Notes under the pieces: model-generated
Databases searched by the model: none
Told to the model about the DNA's origin: nothing
Seen by the model: only the letters and a program-made list of their open reading frames with translations
Origin: an uncultured Microthrixaceae bacterium
GTDB taxonomy: Bacteria > Actinomycetota > Acidimicrobiia > Acidimicrobiales > DATDAH01
Length of the DNA: 64,000 nt
Assembly (NCBI GenBank): GCA_964635055.1
Contig: CAZWMT010000001.1
Location: 211,234-275,233, forward strand
Direction of reading: 5' to 3'
Position numbers and translations under genes: made by a program
Shown: positions 9,993 through 20,400 of the stretch, piece by piece
How the letters are laid out: every line of letters starts with the position of its first letter
Position numbering within the stretch: the first letter of the stretch is position 1

Positions 9993-10114
9993 TCGGCTCC
10001 TCCTTCGTCGGAGCGGCTTCGCCATCCGGTTCGTCCGAGGCGCGGCTCCGCTCCGCTCCGCAACGGCACCACATTGGCTCCTCCTTCGTCGGAGCGGCTT
10101 CGCCATCCGGTTCG
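9993..10114. repeat. pair of identical 39-nt direct repeats spaced 81 nt
   Basis: GGCTCCTCCTTCGTCGGAGCGGCTTCGCCATCCGGTTCG occurs at 9995-10033 and 10076-10114. Confidence 0.85.
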
Positions 10115-10180
10115 ACCCACCCGCGGCGCCGGCCTCGAGCGCGCCATCGGGCTGTGGTCCGGCGCCCCTACGCTCGGGCG

Positions 10181-10366
10181 GTGCTCAGAACGGCGTTCGT
10201 CCTCCTCGTCGCCGTGGGCACCACGCTCCTCGTGGGGGCGTACACGCGGATCGGCGCCGTGATGTGGACGGTGCGGCCGGGCAACGGCCTCCACGACGCC
10301 GACCTCGCCGCGGGCGTGGCCGCCGGCGCCCTCGCCTTCCTGATCACCCGGCCGCGGTCGCGCTGA
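10181..10366 (+). CDS. possible small membrane protein
   Basis: GTG start. Two hydrophobic segments (AFVLLVAVGTTLLVGA; AAGVAAGALAFLI). Its TGA is 1 nt before the GTG of the glycosyltransferase gene. Confidence 0.3.
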   Translation: MLRTAFVLLVAVGTTLLVGAYTRIGAVMWTVRPGNGLHDADLAAGVAAGALAFLITRPRSR

Positions 10367-10367
10367 G

Positions 10368-11921
10368 GTGACCGGGCGGATCGCCGGATCGCTGCGGGCG
10401 CACCCGGAGCGGTGGATCATCGTCGCCGCACTGCTGCTCCGGCTGCCGCTGGTGTTCACCGGTATCACCAACTCGTCCGACATCTGGCGCCAGTCGGACA
10501 CGGCGTCGATCGCCCGCAACTTCTGGGCCGGTGGCTTCCACCTCTTCTTCCCCCAGGTCGACTGGGGAGGCGCCGGCCCCGGCTACGTGGAGACCGAGTT
10601 CCAGCTGTACCCGTTCACGGTCGCCCTGCTGTACCGCCTGACCGGCGGCGAGCACCTCTGGCTGGGCAAGCTGGTGTCGCTCGGGCTCACCGCGGGCACG
10701 CTGATCGCCTTCTGGGCACTGGCCCGCCGGGTGGTGAGCCACCGGGTCGCGCTGGTGGCCCTCGGCTTCCTGGCCGTGTCGCCCATCGCCGTGCGCTACG
10801 GCACCGCGTTCATGCCCGAGAGCGCGGTGCTCTGCTTCTACGTGCTGGCCCTGCTGCTGTTCGTGCGCTGGCTCACCGAAGACCGTCCCCCGCTCCTGGT
10901 CGGCGCCGGCCTGGCCACCGGGGTGGCGCTGCTGGTGAAGCCCACGTCCATCCAGATCGGGGCGGTCTTCGTGATCCTCCTGGTCCGCGAACGGGGCTGG
11001 CGCTCGCTGCTGTCGGTGCCGCTCTGGGCGGTCGCCGCGCTGGCGGTGACACCGGCGGCGCTGTGGACCCTGCACGCCCGCGACCTGCACCTTCGCTACG
11101 GCAACACGTTCGGTGTCATCTCGGGCGGCGACCGCAAATTCGCCACGCTCGACACCTTCAGCTCGCCCGCCTTCTACACCGGCGTGGCCCGCACCGAGCT
11201 GGTGTGGGTGCTGGCCCTCGGGGCGGCGCCGTTGTTCCTGGTCGGGCTGGTGGTGGCCTTCCGGCAGCGCCGACCCACCGTGTTGCTGGCCGGCGCCGTG
11301 GTCATCCCGGCCTTCTACGCGATCGTGGCCAAGTACTCGTCGGGCCCACAGGGCATCCAGTACCACGTGTTCGCGCTGCCCTTCGCGGCCCTCGCCGTCG
11401 GCTTGGGGGTCGACGCTGTGTTGGTGTGGGCCCGGCCTCGGCCGGCGGGCACGCCTGCCGGCGGGGGCGGCGCCGCGAGGGTGGCAGCGCTGGGTGGTGT
11501 GGCCGCGATCGGGCTGTTCGCGCTCGTGGCGTCGATGGCGTACGCACAGCGCTTCCCTGCCGAGAGTGGGGCCGTGACGGCCTGCGCCGCGCTGGTGGCC
11601 GACGCCGTCCCCGCCGGCGACCTGGTGATCGTCAGCTCCACCGGCACGTCACAGGTCGACGGCTACGCCGTCAACTACCAGGAGCCGATGATCTTCTACT
11701 TCAGCGGTCGGCGAGGCTGGAGCCTGCCCGCCGACCGCCACGACGCCGACCACCTGAGCGACCTGTCCCGCCAGGGAGCGCGGTGGTTCGTGGTGCAGGA
11801 CGACGCCGCGCTGGTCGCGGCCCCGGCGCTCGAGCGGTACCTCGACGGTCACGCCGAACAGGTCGGCCCCGGCGTGGACGAGGGCTGCGGCATCTGGCGA
11901 CTCGACGACGCCGGCGCCTAA
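10368..11921 (+). CDS. GT-C fold glycosyltransferase (GT39/ArnT-like)
   Basis: 517 aa with more than 10 predicted TM helices and an N-terminal pattern typical of PMT/ArnT-type enzymes. Confidence 0.75.
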   Translation: MTGRIAGSLRAHPERWIIVAALLLRLPLVFTGITNSSDIWRQSDTASIARNFWAGGFHLFFPQVDWGGAGPGYVETEFQLYPFTVALLYRLTGGEHLWLGKLVSLGLTAGTLIAFWALARRVVSHRVALVALGFLAVSPIAVRYGTAFMPESAVLCFYVLALLLFVRWLTEDRPPLLVGAGLATGVALLVKPTSIQIGAVFVILLVRERGWRSLLSVPLWAVAALAVTPAALWTLHARDLHLRYGNTFGVISGGDRKFATLDTFSSPAFYTGVARTELVWVLALGAAPLFLVGLVVAFRQRRPTVLLAGAVVIPAFYAIVAKYSSGPQGIQYHVFALPFAALAVGLGVDAVLVWARPRPAGTPAGGGGAARVAALGGVAAIGLFALVASMAYAQRFPAESGAVTACAALVADAVPAGDLVIVSSTGTSQVDGYAVNYQEPMIFYFSGRRGWSLPADRHDADHLSDLSRQGARWFVVQDDAALVAAPALERYLDGHAEQVGPGVDEGCGIWRLDDAGA

Positions 11922-12028
11922 CCCCCCACCTCGGCTTCCTACGGGAACCCATCCGCGAGCGGGCTTGTCGCGGCATCCAGGAAAGTGGGTCGTGGGTTGC
12001 GGTCGACTCGGGGCGGCGGGGCCGAGCT

Positions 12029-12066
12029 GGAGGAAATACCAGTCACCGGTGACTGGTATTTCCTCC
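12029..12066. repeat. perfect 38-nt palindrome, family 2, copy 1 (between convergent genes)
   Basis: GGAGGAAATACCAGTCACC|GGTGACTGGTATTTCCTCC. It has an AT-rich core in a GC-rich background. Confidence 0.85.
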
Positions 12067-12267
12067 GCCTCTCTCCGGTGAGCGGTACACGGTTCAACTC
12101 CGGCCACCCTCGGCGGCGCGACGCCTGAAGTCACCGCCGAGCGGCGGCGCAGCCCCTCCCCCGCGGCCCTTCGCCCAGCGGCACGGCTCGAGTGGCCCGG
12201 ACGCCCCTCGCAGACTGACCACCCGCGGGTCGGACAAAGCACCAAGAACCGCCGAGAACCCTCGGCG

Positions 12268-13218
12268 TCAGCGGGCGGCGGCGAACGCCCGGCGAAGGGC
12301 GGCGATGGCGTCGCGCTCGTAGGCGCGCGACGACGCCAGCAGGCGGGTGAAGGCGAACGAGGGGTGGATGTGCCCGTCCAGCCTCACGTGGGTGGCGCCG
12401 ACGCCGGCCGATCGCAGCGCCGTCACGTAGGCCTCGCCGTCGCCCCGCAGGCGGTCGTACTCCGCCGTCATCACCCACGCCGGAGGCAGGCCGGCGTGGG
12501 TGTCGGCGAGCAGCGGCGAGCAGTACGGGTCGGTGGCCTGACCAGGGTCGGCCAGGTACTCGGCGAGGAAGGCGTCGATCGCGGCAGCGTCGAGCAGGTA
12601 GCCATCGGGCACCTCGCGGTGGCCCGACTGGGACAGGGTGGCATCGGTGGCGGGCACGTCGAGCCACTGGTGGCACAGGTCCGGCCCGCTGCGGTCGCGG
12701 GCCATCAGGCACACCACCGCGGCCAGGTTGGCCCCCGCCGACTCGCCGCCCACGGCCACCCGCTGGGGGTCGACGCGGAGCGACGCGGCGTCGTCCACGA
12801 GGCGACACACCGCTGCGTAGCAGTCCTCGGGGGCGATCGGGTACTGGCACTCGGGGGCCATGCGGTAGTCCACCGAGGCCACCACGCAGTCGGCCTCGGA
12901 GCAGATCGCCCGGCAGCGGGGATCGCGCTCGTCGAGGGTGCCGACGCACCAGCCGCCGCCGTGGAGGAACACGTAGAGCGGGTGGGGCCCGGGCGTGGGT
13001 GGACGGTAGAGGCGGACGCGTATGCGACCGCCCTCGACCGGCACCATCACGTGCTCGACCGCGGCGGGGCGGGGACCCGCCCGCATCACCGACCAGCCCC
13101 CGAGGCGGGCCTGCCGCGCCGCCCGCTCCCGCCGCTCGGCCATCGTCACACCGGGAAGCTCTCGTTCCACCCGGCGTCCGAGGGCGACCAACGGCCGGAG
13201 GCGGGGCTCGAGTGGCAT
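12268..13218 (-). CDS. alpha/beta hydrolase fold-3 esterase/lipase (HSL family)
   Basis: HGGGW oxyanion motif and GESAG nucleophile elbow. Start chosen at MPLEPRL; the longer ORF reaches 13296. Confidence 0.85.
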   Translation of the reverse strand: MPLEPRLRPLVALGRRVERELPGVTMAERRERAARQARLGGWSVMRAGPRPAAVEHVMVPVEGGRIRVRLYRPPTPGPHPLYVFLHGGGWCVGTLDERDPRCRAICSEADCVVASVDYRMAPECQYPIAPEDCYAAVCRLVDDAASLRVDPQRVAVGGESAGANLAAVVCLMARDRSGPDLCHQWLDVPATDATLSQSGHREVPDGYLLDAAAIDAFLAEYLADPGQATDPYCSPLLADTHAGLPPAWVMTAEYDRLRGDGEAYVTALRSAGVGATHVRLDGHIHPSFAFTRLLASSRAYERDAIAALRRAFAAAR

Positions 13219-13406
13219 GGCCCCACGGTAGAGCGAGGGGCGAGATCCCGGCTCGTGGCCGCGCCCAGAACGGATACGGCGCGGAACCGCGGCCATCCGG
13301 AGCAGGCGGGGAACAGGCGACCCATCGCCCGGTGGCCCGAGGTTGGTACCCCCCGGGGTATTGGTAGACTCGGAGTCAGCCCGAGACCCACAGAACGAGG
13401 AACCCC

Positions 13407-13784
13407 ATGGCCACCATCGCCCTCACCAACGACACCTTCGAGCCCACCGTCAGCGCCGACGGCATCGTCCTGGTCGACTGGTGGGCCTCGTGGTGCGGCC
13501 CGTGCCGGATGTTCGCCCCGGTCTTCGAGGCCGCCGCCGACCAACACCCCGACATCACCTTCGCCAAGGTCGACACCGAGGCCCAGCAGGGCCTGGCGGG
13601 CTCGGTCGGCATCATGTCGATCCCGACGCTGATGATCTTCCGAGACGGCATCCTGATCTTCTCGCAGGCCGGCGCCCTGCCCGCCGCCGCGCTCGACGAC
13701 CTGATCGGGCAGGCCCGCGGCCTCGACATGGACGACGTGCGCGCCCAGGTGGAGCAGGAAGAGCGCGACCGGGCGGCGTCGTGA
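13407..13784 (+). CDS. trxA: thioredoxin
   Basis: WCGPC active site in a 125-aa protein. Confidence 0.9.
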   Translation: MATIALTNDTFEPTVSADGIVLVDWWASWCGPCRMFAPVFEAAADQHPDITFAKVDTEAQQGLAGSVGIMSIPTLMIFRDGILIFSQAGALPAAALDDLIGQARGLDMDDVRAQVEQEERDRAAS

Positions 13785-14056
13785 TGTGCTCGCTGTCGCG
13801 CTACCTCCTGGTCGGCGGGCTCTCCGGGATGGCGGTGGCCACGGTTTCCGGCAGCGAGCTGGTGGGTTGGCTGGCCGCGGCGGTGGTGGTCGGGCTGATG
13901 CTCGCGGCCCGGCGGCTGTTCCCGACTCGCCTCGCCCCGTCGGCGTGCGCCCTGTCGGTGGACAAATCGTCGGCAGACACATCGTCGGTGGACGCACCCT
14001 CGGCGGCGGCCCCGCCAGTCCGCGACGAGCCCGCCTCGACCACCAGCAGAAGGTGA
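13784..14056 (+). CDS. possible small membrane protein
   Basis: Its ATG shares base 13784 with the thioredoxin TGA (TGATG overlap). Two hydrophobic segments are followed by a Ser/Ala/Pro-rich tail. Confidence 0.3.
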   Translation: MCSLSRYLLVGGLSGMAVATVSGSELVGWLAAAVVVGLMLAARRLFPTRLAPSACALSVDKSSADTSSVDAPSAAAPPVRDEPASTTSRR

Positions 14057-14202
14057 CCGTTCGCCGCTGACGCCCGCCCGGCACACAGCCGCCGGGCCCG
14101 CGACCTGCGGGCGCAGCCGTTCGAGTCCGCGGCACCCTTGCCGATTCGCTCTGGCGCTCGCCCGCGCCGGGCCTGGCTGTCACACACCTCACGTACCGTG
14201 GC

Positions 14203-17200
14203 GTGATGGACGTCGTCGCCCCCCGCGCCACGGTTCGCACGGTCGCCTACGGGCGACCGGCCACCGTCGCGTTGGCCGACGCCATCGCCGCGGCGAAGCA
14301 GCGCCACCCACTCGACCCCGTCACCGTGGTGGTGGCCTCCAACCTGGCCGGGCTCTCCGTGCGCCGCCTCATCGGCGGCGGCACCGTGGGCGACGGTGGC
14401 CTGGCCAACGTCTCGTTCGTCACCCCCTTCCGCCTGGCCGAGCTCGTGGGCGGCGACGCCGTCGGCGGCTACCCGCTCACCAACGCCGTCCTGGCGGCCG
14501 CGGCCCGCGGCGTGCTGCGCGACGACCCGGGCTGGTTCGGGGCGGTGGCCGAGCACCCTGCGTCCGAGACCGCGCTGGTGGCCCTGTACGGCGAGCTCAG
14601 CCATGTGCGGCCCGGCACCCTGGCGTCGCTGGCGGCCCGCACCCCGCGGGGTGCCGAGATGGTCCGGCTGTTCCGGGCGGTGCGGTCGCGGCTCACCGGC
14701 GTCCACGACGAGGACGACCTGGCCCGGGCCGCCACGCAGCGCCTCCGCACCGGCACCACCGCGGCGGCGCCGATCGGGCACCTCATCTGGTTCCTCCCCG
14801 ACCGGCTCACCCCCGCCATGAGCGACCTGCTGGCCGCGGCGATCGCCGCCGCACCGGCGGCCACCGTCGTCGTGGGCCTCACCGGCGACGCCGGCGCCGA
14901 TGCCGCCGTCCGCCGCACGCTCGTCGCTGCCGGTGTGGGCCTGGGCGAGGTCGATGCCGGCGCCGCCACGGTCCCCCCTGCCACCGGCACCCGCATCGTC
15001 AGTGTGTCCGACCCCGAGGAGGAGGTCCGTGCCGTGTGCCGCGAGATCGTTGCGCTCGCGGAGGCCGGCACCCCGCTCGACCGCATGGGGGTCTTCCACC
15101 CGGCACCCGATCCCTACGCCCGCACCGTGCACGAGCACCTGCAGTCCGCCGGCATCCCCCACAACGGGCCGTCCCGCCTGCGGCTCGCCGATCGGGTCGC
15201 GGGTCGCACGCTGCTGGCCGTACTGGATCTGCCCGAGCAGGGTTGGTCCCGGGCCGCGGTCGTCGCGCTGGCCAGCGACGCCCCGCTCCGCCACGACGGC
15301 GCGCCCGTGCCGGTCACTGCCTGGGAGCGGCTGTCGCGCGACGCCGGGGTCGTCGGCGGCCTCGACGACTGGTCGAGGAAGCTGGCGGCGCTGGCCCTCT
15401 TGCTGCGTGACCAGTACGCCACCGGCTCGGCCGACCCCGAGGTCGCCCGCTGGGCACTGACCCAGCTGCGGTCCGACGCCGAGCGGGCGGAACAACTGGC
15501 CGGCTTCGTCGCGGGCCTGGCCGTCGATCTCGAGGGCATCGACCAGGCCCACGGGTGGGGGGGCAAGGTGCGAGCGACCCAGGATCTGCTGGTCCGCCTG
15601 CTGGGCACCGAAGGCCGCCGGGTCAACTGGCCCGACGACGAGCGGGACGCCGGCGAGCGGGTCGATGCCGCGCTCGCCCGCCTCGAGCTCCTGGACGAGA
15701 TCGACCCGCAGCCCACCACTGCGGCGTTCGTGCGAGCGGTGGCCGCCGAGCTGGACGAGCCGGCCGGCCGCATCGGCCGGTTCGGCGAGGGCGTCGTCTT
15801 CGGGCCGCTGGCCATGGCCCCGGGGCTCGACCTCGACGCGGTGTTCGTGGTGGGCATGGCCGAGGGCACGTGCCCCAACCCCAGCGGTGAGGACGCCCTG
15901 TTGCCCGACGACGACCGGGCCGCCACCAGCGGCGAGCTGACCGGGCGCGACGAGCGCCTGCACGACCAGCACCGCATGCTGCTGGCCGCGCTGGCCTCGG
16001 GCGGCACCCACCGGGTGCTGGTCTTCCCCCGCGGCGACCTGCGGGGCGGCCGCACCCGGCTGCCGTCACGATGGCTGCTCGACACCGCCACGGTGCGGCA
16101 CGGGTCGCGGGTCCACAGCAGCGCGTTCGCGACGCTGGGCGCCCCGGTGGTCGACGAGGTGCCTTCGTTCACCGCCGGTCTCCTGCGGGCGCCGGCCGCG
16201 GCCTCGCTGGCCGACCGCGACCTGGCCACCCTCAACGCCTACCTGCTGGCCGGCGGTCGGCCGGCCGACCACCCGTCGGCCGGCCCCGCCCTCCGTCGTG
16301 GCCTCGAGGCCACCGGCGCGCGGCGCAGCGACCGGTTCACCGAGTGGGACGGCAACCTGGCCGGATTGCCGGTGCCCAGCCCCGCGGCGGGCAAGCGCCT
16401 GTCGGCCACCGCCATGCAGTCGTGGGCCTCCTGCGGCTTCCGCTACTTCCTCGGGCAGGTGTTGAAGCTGGGCGAGCGAGCCGAGCCCGAGACCATCACC
16501 GAGATCAGCGCCGCCGATCGGGGCACGCTCATCCACACGATCCTCGAGCGCTTCGTCGACGGCGCCCTTCGCCGCCCCGAGGGCCCGCCAGAGCCCGGCG
16601 AGCCCTGGACCATCGTCGACCGCGAGCACCTGCAGGCCATCGCCGGCGAGGTCTTCGCGGAGACCGAGGCGAAGGGCATCACCGGGCGCCCCCTGCACTG
16701 GCGCCTGCAGCAGGAGTTCGTCCGGTCCGACCTCGACGCCTTCCTCGGCCACGACACGACGCGGCGCACCGAGGCCCACGCCCGCCCTCGCCACGTGGAG
16801 CTGGCCTTCGGGCTCGACGACGCCCCGCCCCTCACGCTCGACCTGGGCGGCGGGCGCACCCTGGCGTTCCGCGGGCGGATCGACCGGGTCGACGTCACCG
16901 ACGCCGGCGGCCACGTGGTCTACGACTACAAGAGCGGCGCCGGCAAGGCGTACAAGGACCTGGCCAAGGACCCGGTGCTGGCGGGCACCAGCCTCCAGTT
17001 GGGGCTGTACGCCGAGGCCGTGCGCCAACGTCTCGGTGGCCGCGAGGTGTCCAGCTACTACTGGATGATCACCGACGCCGGCGGCTTCGTCCCCCACGGC
17101 TACGACTGGACGCCCGACGTGCGCCAGCGGTTCGTCGACGTGCTGTCGGCCATCACCGACGGCATCGAGGCGGGCACGTTCCCCATGAGCCCCGGCGAGT

Positions 17201-17427
17201 TCAACACCTTCTTCCGCAGGCACCAGAACTGCCGCTACTGCCCCTTCGACGCGCTCTGCCCCCGAGACCGTGACGACCAGGAACTGGCCAAGGCGGGGGC
17301 GCCCGAGCTGGCGGTGCGCGCCCGGCTGCGGCCGCCGTCACCCGACGCCACCGCGGCGCCCGACGCCACGGCGGTGCCCGACGCCACGGCGGTGCCCGGC
17401 ACCGACGTGGGGGTGGCGTCGACGTGA
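14203..17427 (+). CDS. adnA: AdnA/AddB-like helicase-nuclease subunit
   Basis: 1074 aa. C-terminal PD-(D/E)XK pattern (RIDRVDV...VVYDYKSG) plus a Cys cluster (CRYCPFDALCP). Its stop overlaps the next UvrD-type gene. Confidence 0.8.
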   Translation: MMDVVAPRATVRTVAYGRPATVALADAIAAAKQRHPLDPVTVVVASNLAGLSVRRLIGGGTVGDGGLANVSFVTPFRLAELVGGDAVGGYPLTNAVLAAAARGVLRDDPGWFGAVAEHPASETALVALYGELSHVRPGTLASLAARTPRGAEMVRLFRAVRSRLTGVHDEDDLARAATQRLRTGTTAAAPIGHLIWFLPDRLTPAMSDLLAAAIAAAPAATVVVGLTGDAGADAAVRRTLVAAGVGLGEVDAGAATVPPATGTRIVSVSDPEEEVRAVCREIVALAEAGTPLDRMGVFHPAPDPYARTVHEHLQSAGIPHNGPSRLRLADRVAGRTLLAVLDLPEQGWSRAAVVALASDAPLRHDGAPVPVTAWERLSRDAGVVGGLDDWSRKLAALALLLRDQYATGSADPEVARWALTQLRSDAERAEQLAGFVAGLAVDLEGIDQAHGWGGKVRATQDLLVRLLGTEGRRVNWPDDERDAGERVDAALARLELLDEIDPQPTTAAFVRAVAAELDEPAGRIGRFGEGVVFGPLAMAPGLDLDAVFVVGMAEGTCPNPSGEDALLPDDDRAATSGELTGRDERLHDQHRMLLAALASGGTHRVLVFPRGDLRGGRTRLPSRWLLDTATVRHGSRVHSSAFATLGAPVVDEVPSFTAGLLRAPAAASLADRDLATLNAYLLAGGRPADHPSAGPALRRGLEATGARRSDRFTEWDGNLAGLPVPSPAAGKRLSATAMQSWASCGFRYFLGQVLKLGERAEPETITEISAADRGTLIHTILERFVDGALRRPEGPPEPGEPWTIVDREHLQAIAGEVFAETEAKGITGRPLHWRLQQEFVRSDLDAFLGHDTTRRTEAHARPRHVELAFGLDDAPPLTLDLGGGRTLAFRGRIDRVDVTDAGGHVVYDYKSGAGKAYKDLAKDPVLAGTSLQLGLYAEAVRQRLGGREVSSYYWMITDAGGFVPHGYDWTPDVRQRFVDVLSAITDGIEAGTFPMSPGEFNTFFRRHQNCRYCPFDALCPRDRDDQELAKAGAPELAVRARLRPPSPDATAAPDATAVPDATAVPGTDVGVAST

Positions 17428-20400
17428 CCACGCCACCGGCCATCGTCGACCAGGCGTCGCGCGACCTCATCGAGCGCACGGGCCTCGACCGCACCCTCTT
17501 CGTCGAGGCCGGGGCGGGTACGGGCAAGACCCGCGAGCTGGTCCGGCGCGTCACCAGCCTGGTGACCCACGAGGGCGTGCCGCTGCGCAGCATCGCCGCC
17601 ATCACCTTCACCGAGGCGGCCGGCGCCGAGCTGCGCGACCGAATCCGCCAGCGCTTCGAAGAGCTGCTCGACGAGCACCCGCCCGGCCCCCTCCGCGACG
17701 CCTGCGAGGCGGCGCTGGCCGACAGCGACGTGGCTGCGATCGGCACGTTGCACTCCTTCGCGTTACGCATCCTGTCCGAGCACCCGCTCGAAGCCGGGCT
17801 GCCGCCCCGGGTCGAGATCCTCGACGAGGTCAGCTCGCAGCTCGCCTTCGAGGACCGGTGGCAGGTGTTCCTCGACGACCTCCACGCCGATCCCCGCGCC
17901 GAGGCCCTGATCCTGTCGGCCAGCGTGTTGCGCGTCCCCATCGAGGCAGGCCCCAACGCGGCCTCGCTCAAGGACGTCGCCGCGATCTTCGGCGACAACT
18001 GGGACCGGCTCGACCCCGACGAGCCCGACCCGGGCCCGTTGCCCCTGATCGGCTGGGACCCGTTGCGGCTGGCGCTCGACGACCTGGTGGCCCTGCTGCC
18101 CGAATGCCACGACACGGACGACCTGCTCTACGCCCGGATCGTCGACCGGATCGTGCCGCAGGTGCAGCACCTGCTCGACCACCCCGATCCCTACCGCCAG
18201 CTCGACCTGCTCACCCGCTACGAGGGCGCGTGGACACCGGGCGGCGTGGGCCGCCAGACCTGTTGGACCGACGCCGCCGCGGCCAAGGCCGCCTGCCACG
18301 CGGTCAACGACGCCGCCGCCGCCGTCCGCCGGGCCGCCGTCGATGCGGTGCTCGACCGGCTGCGGGCACGCTTGGCCCGGTTCACCCGGGCCGAGGCCGT
18401 CCGCCGGCAGCACGACGGCCGGCTGGAGTTCCACGACCTGCTGGTGCTCAGCCGCGAGCTGGTCCGCACCAGCGCCGCCGCCCGGGCCTCGCTCCACACG
18501 CGCTACCAGCGACTGCTGCTCGACGAGTTCCAGGACACCGACCCCATCCAGATCGAGATCGCGGCCCGGATCGCGGGGGCGGTGGCCGGTGCCGACCCCG
18601 AGGACTGGGCCGACGTCCCCATCGACTCGGGCCGCCTGTTCTTCGTGGGCGACCCCAAGCAGTCGATCTACCGGTTCCGGCGAGCCGACATCGCCATGTT
18701 CCTGCGCACTCGGGCCGCGTTCGCGGACGACGAGTCGGTGCCCCTGGTGCAGAACTTCCGGACGGTCGAGCCGGTCCTCGCGTGGGTCAACCACGTGTTC
18801 CAGGCCCTCATGCCCGACGAGATCCCCGACAAGCAGCCGCGGTACCGCGCCCTCGTCGCCCACCGCACGGAGGTGACCACCGACCACCGGGTGGTGCTGC
18901 TGGGCGGCGAGCACGAGGGCCTGAAGGCACCGCAGCTGCGCGAGGTCGAGGCCCACGACGTGGCCCGCGCCATCGCGTCGGTGCGCGACCACCCCGAGCG
19001 GTGGCCCGTGCACGACGCCGCCACCGGCGGCTGGCGCGACCCGATCCTGTCCGACGTCACGGTGCTCCTGCCCACCCGGACCTCGCTGCGCCCGCTCGAG
19101 GACGCGCTCGACGCCGCCGCGATCCCCTACCGGGTCGACACCGGCACCCTGGTCTACGACACCCAGGAGGTGCGCGACGTGCTCGCCGCGCTCCGGGCGG
19201 TGGACGACGCGACCGATGCGGTGGCCCTGGTCACCGCGCTGCGCTCGCCGCTGTACGGCTGTTCGGACCCCGATCTGTTCACCTATCACCAGGCCGGCGG
19301 GCGCTGGAGCCTGCGGGCCGAGGTGCCCGACGGCCTCCACGACCACCCGGTGGTGCGGGCACTCGACCACCTGCGCTCGCTGTGGGAGGTCCGCTGGTGG
19401 CTCGAGCCCAGCGAGCTGATGGGCCGGCTCCTCCGAGAGCGCCATGCCTTCGAGCTGGGCCTGGGCCACCGCCGGCCGCGCGAGGTGTGGCGGCGGCTGC
19501 GCTTCCTGGTCGACCAGGCGCACCTGTTCGAAGAGGCCGGCGGCGGTGGCCTGCGCGCCTTCCTCGCCTGGGCCGACCTGCAGAGCCACGAGGGCAGTCG
19601 GGTGCACGAGCCCCTCCTGCCCGAGACCGACGACATCGCGGTGTCGATCAAGACCGTCCACGGCGCCAAGGGCCTGGAGTTCCCGATCACCGTGGTGAGT
19701 GGGCTCACCACCCTCGCCGGCCGGGGCCGGCCGGGTGTCTCGGTGGTGTGGGAGGGCAACCGGCCCGGCATCAGGTTCCGCAAGGGGGTGGCCACCGACA
19801 ATTTCGACCGCCAGGCCGACTTCGAGGCCGAGATGGACCAGTACGAGCGCCAGCGACTGCTCTACGTGGCGTGCACCCGGGCCCGCGACCACCTGGTGGT
19901 CTCCACGCACCACAACGTGAACGCCTCGTGCCACGGCGCCACCCTGGCCGCCCACTCGGCCGACGTGGAGGACGAGCTCTGCCGCAGGCTCCCCGACGAG
20001 CCCGACGCGTCGGACGAGCCCGGCGAGCCCGGGGACGACCGCTCGGGAGCAGGAGCGACGGCCGTCGATCCGCAGCGGGAGGCGCCGCCGCTGCCCTTCG
20101 ACGACCGGGCCGAGTGGATCGCTCGTCGCGAGGCACTCGTCGAGCCGCAACGCGTCGGCCGCTTCGTCTCCGCCACCGCCGTCGCCCGCCAGGCGCTCGA
20201 ACGCGCCGGCGGCCCCACCGGGGCCGGTGCGCACCCTGAAGCCGAGCGCGATCTCGACGCCCCGCCCCACGACACCGACCTCGGGCCCGACGACACCCAC
20301 TCGGGACCCGACGACACCAACCTCGCACCAGACGACACCGACCTCGGGTCCAACGACTCCCACTCGGCGCCCGACGCCACCCGCTCGGGACCCGACGACG

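Noticed and set aside
8983-10074. 363-aa minus-strand ORF starting at the SD-ATG inside the 39-nt repeat.
   Set aside because: It runs antisense through the GGDEF gene with non-coding-like composition. Only the repeat itself is reported.
12080-12106. GGTTCAACTCC string resembling a tRNA T-loop.
   Set aside because: The flanking bases do not form a T-stem, and no acceptor or anticodon arms can be drawn.
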